Source: Octopus sinensis
Lineage: Eukaryota
Direction: 5' to 3'
Assembly: GCF_006345805.1 (NCBI RefSeq)
Contig: NC_042999.1
Coordinates: 34,100,001 to 34,164,000 of the forward strand
DNA length: 64,000 nucleotides
The position numbers and the translations under genes are program-made. Shown here piece after piece: positions 12,513 through 24,970 of the stretch. Each line of letters starts with the position of its first letter. Position 1 is the stretch's first letter. The notes beneath the pieces were generated by a model. It worked only from the letters and a program-made list of their open reading frames with translations, was not told where the DNA came from and did no database searches.

Positions 12513-12842
12513 CCTCCCTACGACAAACTAGATGGTGTCATATCAGCGCTGATTTCAGATTTAATCAACCAGTAATACATTACTCCGCCATCGAGGGTTA
12601 AAGAACCTAAGTCATCTTCTTGGTATTATAGAAAACACTATTGGAAACATCGGCTGATTTCGAAAATGAGAATTATAAATTATTAAAGTGGCTACTCCCA
12701 ATTTAGAACAGTTAGGCAAACTGGACAATTGTCACTAGAGTCACCCTTTATTCCCCGACGACGGAGTAATGGGTCACTCATGAAGATTACTTAAATCTGA
12801 AAGTAGCGCTGTTATGACTCCGTCTCGCTTTTCGTAAGGAGG
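12513..12842. mobile_element. MITE-like element with ~85-bp imperfect terminal inverted repeats
   Basis: CCTCCCTACGAC...CAGCGCTGATTTCAGATTTAA...CATTACTCCGCC at the left is complementary to GGAGTAATG...TTAAATCTGAAAGTAGCGCTG...TCGTAAGGAGG at the right. Confidence 0.7.
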
Positions 12843-13999
12843 ATCCTTTGCCTTTCTAAAATGCGAATAGTCACCTTAATAATTTATATATCTATATACA
12901 TAAAAAAACAGAATGTTTGTCAGTGTGTGAGTTTCTCATGTTAAAACTCGAGATCCATCCAGCCGATTTTAATGAAAGTTTACACAGGCATTATATAGGG
13001 TCCATGAAGTGTCATGGCCAAAGACAATTTTCAACCTCTTGCCTAATGCGAGCCCAAGAGCAGATAAACCACATTTTAAAAGTATTTTCACAGCGTTAAG
13101 GATCCTAACGTGAAGAGTATCCAGTTGCTTTCATCCAACATTTTCAACAAACATTAATTAGACTACTCGCATTGCTCTTCACTAAAAGAAGTTCTGATGC
13201 TGACTATAGACTCCCCCCAAAATGCGGATTAACCAGATTTGAATGTATTGCACTGAGTTTTACCTTTGTTTTAGGCCATTTCTGACGGTAAAATATTGAT
13301 ACTACTTATGCATTATAAATGTTCGTATAATATTTTATGAAAACATGTTTCGTTTTTCAATTTGGCAGAGGAAATAAGAACATTAACATTTTTGTCGGTG
13401 CCGTCTTAATGCAACTCATTTAGCATCTCTCTTCAGACTCTCGTCTTCGTTTTTATACAATCCTCCTTGCTTTATACTTGTTTCTGGAGAGATTAAGTCC
13501 TCTTTGGTGGCGCATTTTTGCAATATTGTAAACAAAATGTTATGAACATAGAAAGAAGTTATACATTAATCGAAATTTTTGTAAGCAGTTGTATCTGTAA
13601 AAAATTTATTTAAAGAGAGCAAAATGAAAAGAAGAGAAAGCGAAAAGAACAGAAAGACATTGACACATGTATATACGTCAATATGAAATGGACGTGTGTG
13701 TGTGTTTGCGTATGTATGTGAGAGAGGAAGAGGAGAAAAAAGAGTTAGAATGTGTGTACAGAAGGTGTGTGTGGTGATGATTGATAATTTTAAGGTACAC
13801 ATATAGAAAATGTGACGATATCGTATAAAATGTTTAGTTGATTTATGGAAAAGATTATGTTAATGTTTTTCAATGCAAATATGTGAATGGAAATTAAGTT
13901 AAATTTTGTAACTGAAATAGTACTGAATCTTTTGATACGATTACGTCAAAATCTATAACACAGTTTTGGAATGCGTAAGGAATATATATATATATTATA

Positions 14000-14031
<32 letters not shown>

Positions 14032-14035
14032 TTAT

Positions 14036-14071
<36 letters not shown>

Positions 14072-14943
14072 ATATATATTATAGGACAGTACTTACACTA
14101 TAATAAGACGTAAAACTGAAATACTATAGAGATTGCTCTGGGCTCGCATTAGGCAAGATTTGGAAATTCTTTTGGTCCATGGCAATGTGTGGACCTTGGC
14201 TTTTGTATTCGACGCCTGTGCTTTAAGTATTTTATTTCGATTTTATGCATATATGTATGCATACGCCAATGTGAGAGACCTCTACATGGTGGCTAAACCT
14301 GGTAGAAATAGCGTCTAAATCTCTCTAAAAGTACCCTAATGACTTAATCCAACAATTCCGCCTATTATGTACTTTGAATGAGAAACTGTAACTAAAGATT
14401 AAGACTAAAGAAGAGAGGCAGCATAGCGACGATTTTGGCTGACTGTCATCCTGTACTCCCCTTGTTGCTAGTGAAATGGTATGGGCCGGTTCTCTGAGCA
14501 ACTGGTTGCTATTAATGGCGCAACAAACAGGATAAAACGATTATAAAAATAAAGATTCTCACTTTGAAACAAACAATTTTGAAAAACTTTTTAGATTACG
14601 GAACGCCCCGCTCTCTCGTGTATCCATGTTTGAATTTTCAGCGCGATCGGATGAACAATACTCGCACATACATAGACAAAACGGATACTTACATACATAA
14701 TACATACAAGAGTAAAGGAGTGGTGTAGATGGCGAGCCAAATGTCGGAACTAGTAAATATACAAGCGAGGTTTATGCCGCAGGATACTTGTACGGCGAAG
14801 GGTATTTTGAGTGAACGAAAAGTTTACATTGTCGGAAGGAGGTACTTGTTAACACATGGAAAAATCGATAAGAATTTAATATATATATATATATATAATA
14901 TATTTTTTTCAGTAAAAACAATTAAGATTCAAGTGAGTTCCAA

Positions 14944-14978
<35 letters not shown>

Positions 14979-15040
14979 TATATAATATATATATATTATA
15001 TATAAATATACATATATATATATAAATTCTAATAGATTTG

Positions 15041-15093
<53 letters not shown>

Positions 15094-15181
15094 ATTCTAA
15101 TAGATTATATATATTTATATGTAAGTTATTATTATTACCATTGTTAATAATAATACTAATAATTAATAATAATAATAATAA

Positions 15182-15221
<40 letters not shown>

Positions 15222-15232
15222 GAAGCAAAAAT

Positions 15233-15425
15233 GAAGAGTGCCATTTTTATCAAGTGAACGATATTTCGACATCTCGTGTGTCTTCCACGGGTTCAAAAAG
15301 TAAACGTGTTCGTAATCCTATAAATATTCACCAAAATGAAGTAGATTGACAGGATTATTTTTTGATCCTTTGGAAGACAAACGAAATGTCGAAATATCGT
15401 TCACTTAATGACAATGGCACTCTTC
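15233..15425. mobile_element. MITE-like element with 67-bp imperfect TIRs
   Basis: GAAGAGTGCCATT...AAGTGAACGATATTTCGACAT (15233-15299) versus ATGTCGAAATATCGTTCACTT...AATGGCACTCTTC (15359-15425). Confidence 0.75.
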
Positions 15426-15477
15426 CTTTTTTTGCTTGTATATATTCAAGAGCATTTGCTTCAATCCTATAAATATT

Positions 15478-15598
15478 CATAATAATAATAATGATAATAA
15501 TAAGAAGAGGAAGGAGAGGAAGAAGAAGAAGAAGAAGAAGAAGAAGAAGAGAAAAGAAGGTAATGATGATGATGATGATGATAATGATAATAATAATG

Positions 15599-15678
<80 letters not shown>
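15478..15678 (+). repeat. Compound triplet microsatellite (AAT)/(GAA)/(GAT)/(AAT)
   Basis: Read directly from the sequence. Confidence 0.95.
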
Positions 15679-16168
15679 GACCAGACATCATATTGAAAGA
15701 CTTCAAGCAAAGAACATGCCTCCTCATTGATATGACTGTCCCAATCGATATAAACGTATCTGTCAAGACTTACCAAAAACTGAGCAAATATAAAGATCTT
15801 GAAATAGAAATCAGCAAAATGTGGAACCTGAAGACTAAAACAATACCTGTTGTCATAGGTGCCCTGGGAATGATAGCAAAAGAGGCTGATTGCTACCTAA
15901 CTCAGATACCAGGAGACCCAAAAATGGCAGAAATTCAAAAGATAGTACTAATGGGAACTGCTCATATCCTACGCAAAATACTTTCTATGTAATCTCAAGG
16001 TTTAAAACAAACATTTTTTTTAGACATCCACTAGTACAACACAAAAAAACAACCAAATATATGGCACACTAGGCATAACAACAACGTGAACTTCCAACCT
16101 GTTGTCTCTTGAAGTCTCTGGGTGAGACTTGGAGCCAACTTGTACAAATATAAAGCAAAAGTCAAACA
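15679..16168 (+). mobile_element. 5'-truncated R4/Dong-type LINE (subfamily B): endonuclease tail and 3' UTR, flanked by (TAA)n
   Basis: NRPDIILKDFKQRTCLLIDMTVPIDINVSVKTYQKLSKYKDLEIEISKMWNLK...TAHILRKILSM is the RPD...D...EK..KY type REL domain, homologous to the C-terminus of ORF 26549-28603. Confidence 0.9.
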
Positions 16169-16199
16169 TATAATGATAATAATAATAATAATAATAATA

Positions 16200-16246
<47 letters not shown>

Positions 16247-16267
16247 CAACAACAATAACAACAACAA

Positions 16268-16299
<32 letters not shown>

Positions 16300-16582
16300 A
16301 TAATAAAATGGCCAGCAAGCTTACTCCTATATAGGTAAAATCTACAAATACATTTATAAGGTTTCAAAATACCACCTACTACAAATAGAGATAACGCTCC
16401 AAATCCATAAATTTCTTACTATGAATATACACACGGTGAATGTAACGAATATAACAGAAATAGGCTTACTTTGCATGAACTAGAGAATTAAGAAATACAG
16501 ATATTCCTGTATGAATTGATTTCTCTTTCTGTTTGAATATATTTAAAGCTCATCAGGCAGAATTACTGCAAAATCCTCTATA

Positions 16583-16999
16583 GGCACAGGAATGACTGTG
16601 TGGTAAGTAGCTTGCTAACCAACCACATGGTTCCGGGTTAAGTCCCACTGCGTGGCATCTTGGGCAAGTGTCTTCTGCTATAGCGCCGAGCCGACCAATG
16701 CCTTGTGAGTGGATTTGGTAGACGGAAACTGAAAGAAGCCTGTCGTATATATGTATATATATATGTGTGTGTGTGTGTGTGTTTGCGTGTCTGTGTTTGT
16801 CCCACTAGCATTGCTTGACAACCGATGCTGGTGTATTTACGTCCCCGTCACTTAGCGGTTCGGCAAAAGAGACCGATAGAATAAGTACTGGGCTTACAAA
16901 GAATAAGTCCCGGGGTCGATTTGCTCGACTAAAGGCGGTGCTCCAGCATGGCCGCAGTCAAATGACTGAAACAAGTAAAAGAGTACAAGAGTAAAAGAG
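16583..16999 (+). mobile_element. SINE family B, well preserved
   Basis: Head GTGGTAAGTAGCTTGCT...GGTTCCGGGTTAAGTCCC, central (TA)(TG) tract, tail GGCGGTGCTCCAGCATGGCCGCAGTCAAATGACTGAAACAAGTAAAAGAG. Confidence 0.85.
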
Positions 17000-17135
17000 T
17001 ATATTTTGAAAATATTCTTCACATTACACCGTGTGTGGTCTTTCATTTGAATGCCCCCGCGATATTCAAAACCGAACATAAAGTGAGCCAATACAATATA
17101 AAATTAAATACGGTATTATTACCATTTCTAATAAT

Positions 17136-17215
<80 letters not shown>

Positions 17216-17378
17216 GTGGTAAGCAACTGCATACCTCTATAGGCAAAATATACAGAGAAATTTATCAAATATAATTTTGTTAAAATTATCACGATATCAC
17301 TTCTAGAAATAGAGCTAATGCTCCGAACACACAAATTTCTCATAATCAAATATATATATATTGTGGATGCCTGTGTGT

Positions 17379-17464
<86 letters not shown>

Positions 17465-17763
17465 GATATAGATATAGTAGGTATCTATGTATGTATTGCA
17501 TGCAGTATGTATATTTAACGAGTTTTTTAAAGAAAGTTTTCAGTATAAGATTGGTTATTAGAAACACCATTTAATCGTAGTTACTACTTGAAAAAGAGTA
17601 AATACAATATGACTGTCTGAATGTATGTGCATATATTACTAAACATTTCTTTGACTTGTTACATAAAGTTTTTCCGAATTATCATAAAGTGTTTTCTTAT
17701 AGATACACCTTTATATTTTCCTTCATTGTCATCCGTTTTGGTATAGAAGTATAAACACACTTA

Positions 17764-17863
<100 letters not shown>

Positions 17864-18890
17864 TTTTAAGAAAACCATCTATATCTAAATTTACATTGCT
17901 TTACCCCACTAAATATTTCATTAAATGATTCCCGTCTTACGAAATCGATTATTTCTTTGACAAATGCATTTGCAATTGACAATACAGTTTCCAAAATTTA
18001 TATTACGTTGGCTGAAATGCCTATTAATCAACATTAAAAATCTTTAACAAATATTGAAATATTGTTGAACACAATTTTATCCAAATATATTGGTTTGGGA
18101 ACTAATAAATTGAGGGACTTTAACAATGCAAAATGTTATTGTAATATATTACTGCAATATAGTCTAATAATATTGTAACGTATTACGATTCACACGACCT
18201 TTAAACAAAGAACAGTGTTTGTGAGTTTTACCTCATAGAGATATCCCTAACATAAACTTAAGAAAATGATTATGTTTATGGCCAAACGTGAACATATTTG
18301 CTAAAATATTATTGACCAAAACGTTTAAAACTAAATTGTCACGTAGTACATTATACTGCGCCCTGAGATTGTCCACTAAAAATCTACTTTAACTAATACG
18401 AAAATAAATGGTTAAAGGTATTCATTTGTTTTTGATTATACGAGTTATACTGGTTGTTTATTCCAAATTGCTTCCTTTTGAATATTATTCTGATAATTTT
18501 AAGCAACATCTTAGCGAAGAGTGTCTATGTTATGTCTACCTATGTTATATTTAAATCTCACTTCTACCATTGGGACTGCAACTAATTATTTTTATAATTG
18601 CTTTAGCACAGAAAAAAATTCAGATCCCACTGAGACTATTTTTGTTTTGAGATTTTTTTTCAATAACACGTAAGAAACTTATTATTTTCTGAAGAAAGCT
18701 TATCCTTGCCGTTCCCCTAACACCACAGAAACGAAACCTAGTAAGTTATTTAAAATGCCTACTTAAAATGATGGTTACGATTTGTGTATTTTAAGTATTT
18801 TATACGGCTATTTCATAATTACATGATTAATGTTTTCCCTCATTAAAAGCAACTTTTGTTTTGATTCTCTTAACAATTCATCGGTCATTA

Positions 18891-19110
18891 TACAGGGTGT
18901 AACAGAAAGGTTGCCTTGATTTCAAAGGTTAATAAAAAAACAAAGACAAGATATGTGAATAAACTGTATTTCTATAAAGTTCATTAAATGCTATTTTTTC
19001 CAGCTAGTACCCGCCATGGCCTGGAGTAGAGCACACCGTTCTTTCTTGTATCATCATGTTTGTTTCTTATTAACATTTGAAATCAGGCAACCTTTATGCC
19101 GTACGCTGTA
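18891..19110. mobile_element. Tc1/mariner-type MITE (220 bp) with ~54-bp TIRs and TA ends
   Basis: TACAGGGTGTAACAGAAAGGTTGCCTTGATTTCAAAGGTTAATAA versus TTATTAACATTTGAAATCAGGCAACCTTTATGCCGTACGCTGTA. Confidence 0.78.
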
Positions 19111-19735
19111 GTTATATATGTAGCTAGTGCTGTAGCGGTTTTTCTAGAGAATGTGCGAAAATCACGATAGACGAAACTGAGTGTTTCAGAATTTCTTATT
19201 TCTACATGTTTGAATTTACACTGCATATAACATATATTACATTACAAGCATTGTTCTTTTTCACGAATTTGACAACCATTTTTACTTAGTGTACATTATT
19301 TTACATGGTAAACTTATGCTTCGATGTTTTCGTAGTTTTAGAAATGTAATTAAAAATATAATTACTCTCGTACATAATTTTATTTAACACAATGATTCAC
19401 TTTGAATTATTTGGAATATATATTCTAATCGGATGCAAAAAGAAAAAAAAAACAAGTTGAAGACTTTTAACATTTCGCAGTAAGAATTTAGATGTGCTCT
19501 TGTTTCCCAGAATCCGGCTTTTAGAAAGATTACAGTAGAGCAAATTTGCCATGAAACAAAAAGAAACAAGCTATAAAAATTAAATTGATAACACACAAGT
19601 AAATAACAGAAAAATTGCGTAAGAGATAAATAACGTAGGACACCTATTTCCTCGTCCTCCTCAAACAATAGCAGGCAGTGGTGGCTGATATTTTAAGTCA
19701 AGAATCATTCACCGGGAGAATTTGGCATATGCCGC

Positions 19736-19808
<73 letters not shown>

Positions 19809-19876
19809 TGATAAAAACGGTAAGACAACAAAAGAAAGAAAGAGATCTCCATATTATGTAAATAGAGGAATGTATC

Positions 19877-20095
19877 TGTAAATGTAGTATGTGACAATTA
19901 TTCGGTAGCCATGATAAAACTCCGAGTTTCGGATACCGTGGTGGAAATCCACCGCGCCAATTCTTCAGTTATCCGGCCATAGTACTCTTTGCGATTGCCG
20001 GATAACTGAAGAGATTGCAGTAGGATTTCCACCACGGCATCCGAAACTCGGAGTTTTATATAGCTACCGAATAATTGTCACATATTACATTTACA
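19877..20095. mobile_element. Foldback (palindromic) non-autonomous element, ~100-bp arms and ~19-nt loop
   Basis: TGTAAATGTAGTATGTGACAATTATTCGGTAGC...AAAACTCCGAGTTTCGGAT...CTTCAGTTATCCGGC mirrored on the right arm with few mismatches. Confidence 0.85.
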
Positions 20096-20122
20096 ATATA
20101 TATCTATACATGTAGATATATA

Positions 20123-20162
<40 letters not shown>

Positions 20163-20182
20163 TATATATATCTATAATATAG

Positions 20183-20213
<31 letters not shown>

Positions 20214-20265
20214 TATATATATATATGTATATATATTATATTATATATATATAATATGTGTGTGT

Positions 20266-20570
20266 GGAGGCGCAATGGCCTAGTGGTTAGGGCAGTGGAC
20301 TCGCGGTCGTAGGATCGCGGTTTCGATTCCCAGACCGGGCGTTGTGAGTGTTTATTGAACGAAAACACCTAAAAGCTCCACGAGGCTCCGGCAGGGGTGG
20401 TGATCCCTGCTGTACCCTTTCACCACTCTTTCTCTCACTCTTTCTTCTGTTGACCTGCTCGATTAGCCAGCGGGGTTGCGTCATTCGAAGGCTAAACGAA
20501 TGCGAACGCATTGTGACCAGCGATGTGTAACTACATCTGATGGACTGGTCGGTCACGTGATGTCACGTGA
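20266..20570 (+). mobile_element. tRNA-derived SINE family C (resembles octopus OR-type SINEs)
   Basis: Pol III A box TGGCCTAGTGG (20277) and B box GGTTTCGATTCC (20319), followed by a non-tRNA body; the tail recurs inverted at 56143-56262. Confidence 0.8.
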
Positions 20571-20650
20571 TATATATATATGTATGTACGCATGTGTATA
20601 TGTATGTGTGTGTGTAATATATATATATATAATATATATATATATGTATA

Positions 20651-20685
<35 letters not shown>

Positions 20686-20869
20686 CCTACACACATACAT
20701 GCAAACATACATACATACATATATACATATGTGTGTGTTTGGCATGAAATTGTGAGGATGTTGGGGTCGAAAACTGTTAAGGGATCAGTGGCTCTATGTA
20801 TTTTTGCGTGTTTTCCCTGTATTCTTTGTCTTCATTTTTTGTCTTTCCGTCTGTCCGTGCAAACAGTAA

Positions 20870-20917
<48 letters not shown>

Positions 20918-20919
<2 letters not shown>

Positions 20920-21089
20920 CGCAAAAGTGGCTGTGTGGTAAGGAGTTTTCTTACCAACCACATGCTTCCGGTTATTCGCATGGCGTGGCAACATCGGCAA
21001 GCGTCTTCTACTATGGCCTCAGGCCAACCAAAGCCTTGTGGTCGATTTGCTAGACGGAAACTGAAAGAAGCCCGTCGTATATATGTATA

Positions 21090-21131
<42 letters not shown>

Positions 21132-21385
21132 ATGTGTGTGGTGTTGTGTGTGTGTGTGTATGTGTGTTGTGTGTGGTGTGTGGTGTGTGTGTTTGGGTTT
21201 CTGTGTTTGTCCCTCCCACATCGCTTGACAACTGATGCTGGTGTGTTATGTCTCTGTAACTTAGCGGTTCGGCAAAAGAGACCGATAGAATAAGACTTAC
21301 AAAGTATAAGTCCTGTGGTCGGTTTGCTCGACTAAAGGCGGTGCTGCAGCATGGCTGCATTCAAATGTCTTAAACAATTAAAAGG
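20918..21385 (+). mobile_element. SINE family B
   Basis: Same head, core and tail as 16583-16999, with an expanded internal microsatellite. Confidence 0.85.
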
Positions 21386-21393
21386 TATATATG

Positions 21394-21471
<78 letters not shown>

Positions 21472-22999
21472 GCGCACACATTCACATATATATGTGTGTG
21501 TGTGTATGTATGTTTGTGTTTGTGCGTGTTTTATTTGTTAAGCCGTCCCCCACCAGCGAATATTGCTACATTATACGATTATACGTTAATCGTTACGAAA
21601 ACAATTCCATAAGAGTGTTGAAACGACAATACTTGGGGAGAATGTTCCAATAAATTCGGTTTTAGGTAGAATACTCAGCTCTTTGACTGGGGAAGATACA
21701 GCATAGTCCACTGAAGATATATCATGTTTACCCTAATATGCAATCGTTGCAAAATATGCAATTGCTTCCTGCTGAAACACATGCAAGTTTACATACTTCC
21801 TGAGATTCTGACGAAAGCCCATAAACTTTTATTCAGCTCTTGGATAAACACTTTCGTAATTCTTTAAATGTGTATGAAACAAAACCAAATATTGAGGTAA
21901 AGAAATGTTTAATACTCGAGTGAAATTTAGATACACAATGCCTCACATAGTTTCTTTTTTTTTTAACGTTAGGTAGCTAATGGGTTATCACAATCTAAAC
22001 AATACTGTAGTTTGAGGAAGTGGCAACTTAATCCTTGGCGATAAACCTACCTTTCTTAACCGTAATAATATAACATCTCAACTTTCCCGCCGTTGTATAG
22101 AGTTGAAACAACTACACTCCAAGCTAATGTGCTAGTCTATATAAGTTCTCTAACATATTTGCTAACAGTGCACGCAACATCATCACCTTCTCTGTTCCTT
22201 TCTCTCTGACGTAGAGAAACGGTCCGAAATGACAAGCTATTTACAATGCACGCCAATTGAGTAGCTTAAAATCTTTTAGGTCCTTCGACCGGTTACACTG
22301 TTACCAACTTAAATCATCAAGACTATTCTCAGATTGCGTACTGTGTCTTTATAACGTGTGCCTGTATCATATAGAATAATTTTGTCTGTTTTTATACTTA
22401 TTGTTCAGGTGGTTGAGTGACATAACGCTATAGACTGGAGATAAAATGCTTTTCATAGTTTATTTCTGTTCAGCATTTTTCTTTCAATGTTAGATCGATA
22501 AAATACCTAACAATACTGCACTGTGATCGATTCAGTCGTTTTGCCAGGAGTGCTCTTATGTCTTGTCAAACAAAGTCATCAGTATTATTACCTTCCTTTG
22601 TTGCTAGTCGAAGTATATGCTCAAAACAACAAATCATAGCATTACGTATATGTGAGTATATCACTTATTTTGCCTGAGCACCTTAACCCAGTTCGACCTC
22701 ATTCCTTTTAACCATTCAACACAGTAAATTCACTGAAATCAAATAGAATTGAATATAGCAGATTCTCACTTTACTAAGTTTTAGCTAGTTATCTTGGGAA
22801 ATAGTTTTAACACAAAATTATCATTCACATCATAGACGTCGTCATTAACATAATCGTCATCAACATCGTCGTCATCATCATCACCGTCATCACCATTAGT
22901 GTTATTTGTATCAGTTTGGTAACACTCATCATTAATATAAAAATAACGGAAAACTTTAATCGCATTATACTGGTTACCATAAGAGGAATAAAGCGTCAT

Positions 23000-23430
23000 T
23001 GGGTGTGTAATAAGATGTTTGCTACCCAATCACATGGTGTCGGATTAGGTCCCACTGCGTGCCATCCTCGACAAGTATCTTTTATAATAACCAGTTGAAT
23101 GAATTTGGTATTCGGAATCTGGAAGAAGCTCGTCGTATATATGTGCGTGCTTGCGTATGTGTGTATTTGTGTTTGTTTGTGTGTTCCGGGGGGGGGGGTT
23201 TCTCTCTCTCTTTCTCCCTCTCTCTTTACTTGTCTTTGTTCTACAACACCGCTTGATGCATTGTGTTTTCGCATTTGCGTCTGTGTAAATTAGCGGTTCC
23301 AATTAAGAAACGGAAAGAATGAGTGCCAGGTTTAAAAAGAAAATAATTACAGGGATCGATTCGTTCGAATAAAATTCTCTGAGACTGCGCCATAGGATGG
23401 CTGCAGTCTAATAACCGACACTCCCAAAAG
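23000..23430 (+). mobile_element. SINE family B, diverged
   Basis: CACATGGTGTCGGATTAGGTCCCACTGCGTG...GAAGAAGCTCGTCGTATATATG...TTAGCGGTTCC...CATAGGATGGCTGCAGTC. Confidence 0.65.
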
Positions 23431-23579
23431 AAACGTTTTGGATGCCCTTCGGAATGATTTACTGCAACTATTAAAAGTCACGTTGAATAGAATGCCGTTA
23501 AAGGTTCACGTGCCTCTGAGACACACAGCTACACGCTAATTCCATAAACTAATGATCACGTCGTCGAAACCGAGGAAGG

Positions 23580-24330
23580 TTTATTTATTTCTATACTGTC
23601 TTAGGTGTCTATATCTAAATGGTAGAGTTTCAATTATATATTTATATGCAGATGCATTTCCTAAATTAAATAACTTAATGTAAACTGAGTCTATTTTTAA
23701 TTCAGAAATTTGTGATACCTCTGTAATTCTGTATCTTTGAATTTCGATATTTTCTTCAAATTTGTTAAATATGTATGGCTGTCTGCTCCAACAGATATAT
23801 AACTTCAAAGAAAATACGTTTCATTTTTCTGAATATTGCTTGGGAAAAACGCATCTATATTTACTAATACTGATTGTTTCGGTTAACTGGCATATCTCAG
23901 AATATGGTAAATTAACAACCCTCACTCCGTGCGTGAGGCATATTTGAGTCTACATTCCTGCAAGGTTATTCCAAAATTTCTAGTTTCTAGCGAATGAAAT
24001 AATTCAATTTGCCATATAGTTTCAAATATTCTTTTCTGTTAAGGTAGATACAAAATGATTGATTGTTTCTTAATAGACTATCAGGAATTTTGTTGGCGTT
24101 TAATATGTGAATAATTAGATAAACTATTCTTTGCTGCAGATATGTCGGTCTCGTTTATTTAAGTAGTGGAATTCTGAGGCTGATCGATGTTATCTTCCAC
24201 ATGAACTTGCTCCAGGTTCTCTAATCGCTATTTCCATAATATTAGTGCCTCTATGATGCTAATCTAAAAATATCGATATGACTAACAGTGATCCCACTAT
24301 TATTTCATCTGTATAGCATCTACATATTAC
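23580..24330 (-). mobile_element. Possible ancient Penelope RT C-terminal fossil
   Basis: Weak minus-strand motifs in PLE order: RCYTDEIIV, IFLD, RDRHICSKE, LNANKIP, VVNLPYSE. Many stops. Confidence 0.4.
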
Positions 24331-24389
24331 ATCTATTTATTTCATCTACATATTGCGCTGAGGATCGTTAGGTTTGTATTTCAGAAATC

Positions 24390-24421
<32 letters not shown>

Positions 24422-24686
24422 AAGAGGGAGAAGGAGAAGGAGAGAAACAAAGACAGAGAGAGAGAGAAACAAGGATAGAGAGAGAAACACAGAGACAGAG
24501 AGAGAGAAACAGAGACAGAAAGAGAGAGAGGAACAGAGACAGAAAGAGAGAGAGAGAGAGAGCAGTAAACGAGAGTAAGCAGTAAAGGGCAGCATAAATA
24601 ACAAGACATGGCAGTTGCCTCTCGGTTTCATCTCAGTTACATGAAAGCGGTTAGAAGATTGCATTATAATAGCAATAGAGTTAATA

Positions 24687-24748
<62 letters not shown>

Positions 24749-24970
24749 TACACCGGGGGACGTTTAAGGTGTAAGAAGGAAAATTCAGAGCTCCGAAATC
24801 TATCCACAAACATCGAAAACAAGGACATCCTATGGAGCCAAAGTTTTGCTAACAAAGAATTGGACTGTATCCGAGTAAGTAATACTAATTGAAATTTATT
24901 ACTATTTTCGAAACGAAATGATGTATTGTGACTCGATATTATCTCCACCTCTAACGCAACACATGTAAAC

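Noticed and set aside
20266-20340. tRNA gene
   Set aside because: A and B boxes are present but there is no proper acceptor stem, and the sequence continues into a SINE body.
22200-22240. Hammerhead-like CTGACGT...CCGAAATGAC, with a possible GIY-YIG tail upstream
   Set aside because: The core is broken and stems II and III do not pair convincingly; the upstream protein similarity is too weak.
24749-24900. HDV-like ribozyme at the Dong 5' end (GCTCC/GGAGC pairing and GCTAAC)
   Set aside because: I could not build P2, P3 and P1.1 of the nested double pseudoknot by eye; a covariance-model search would be needed.
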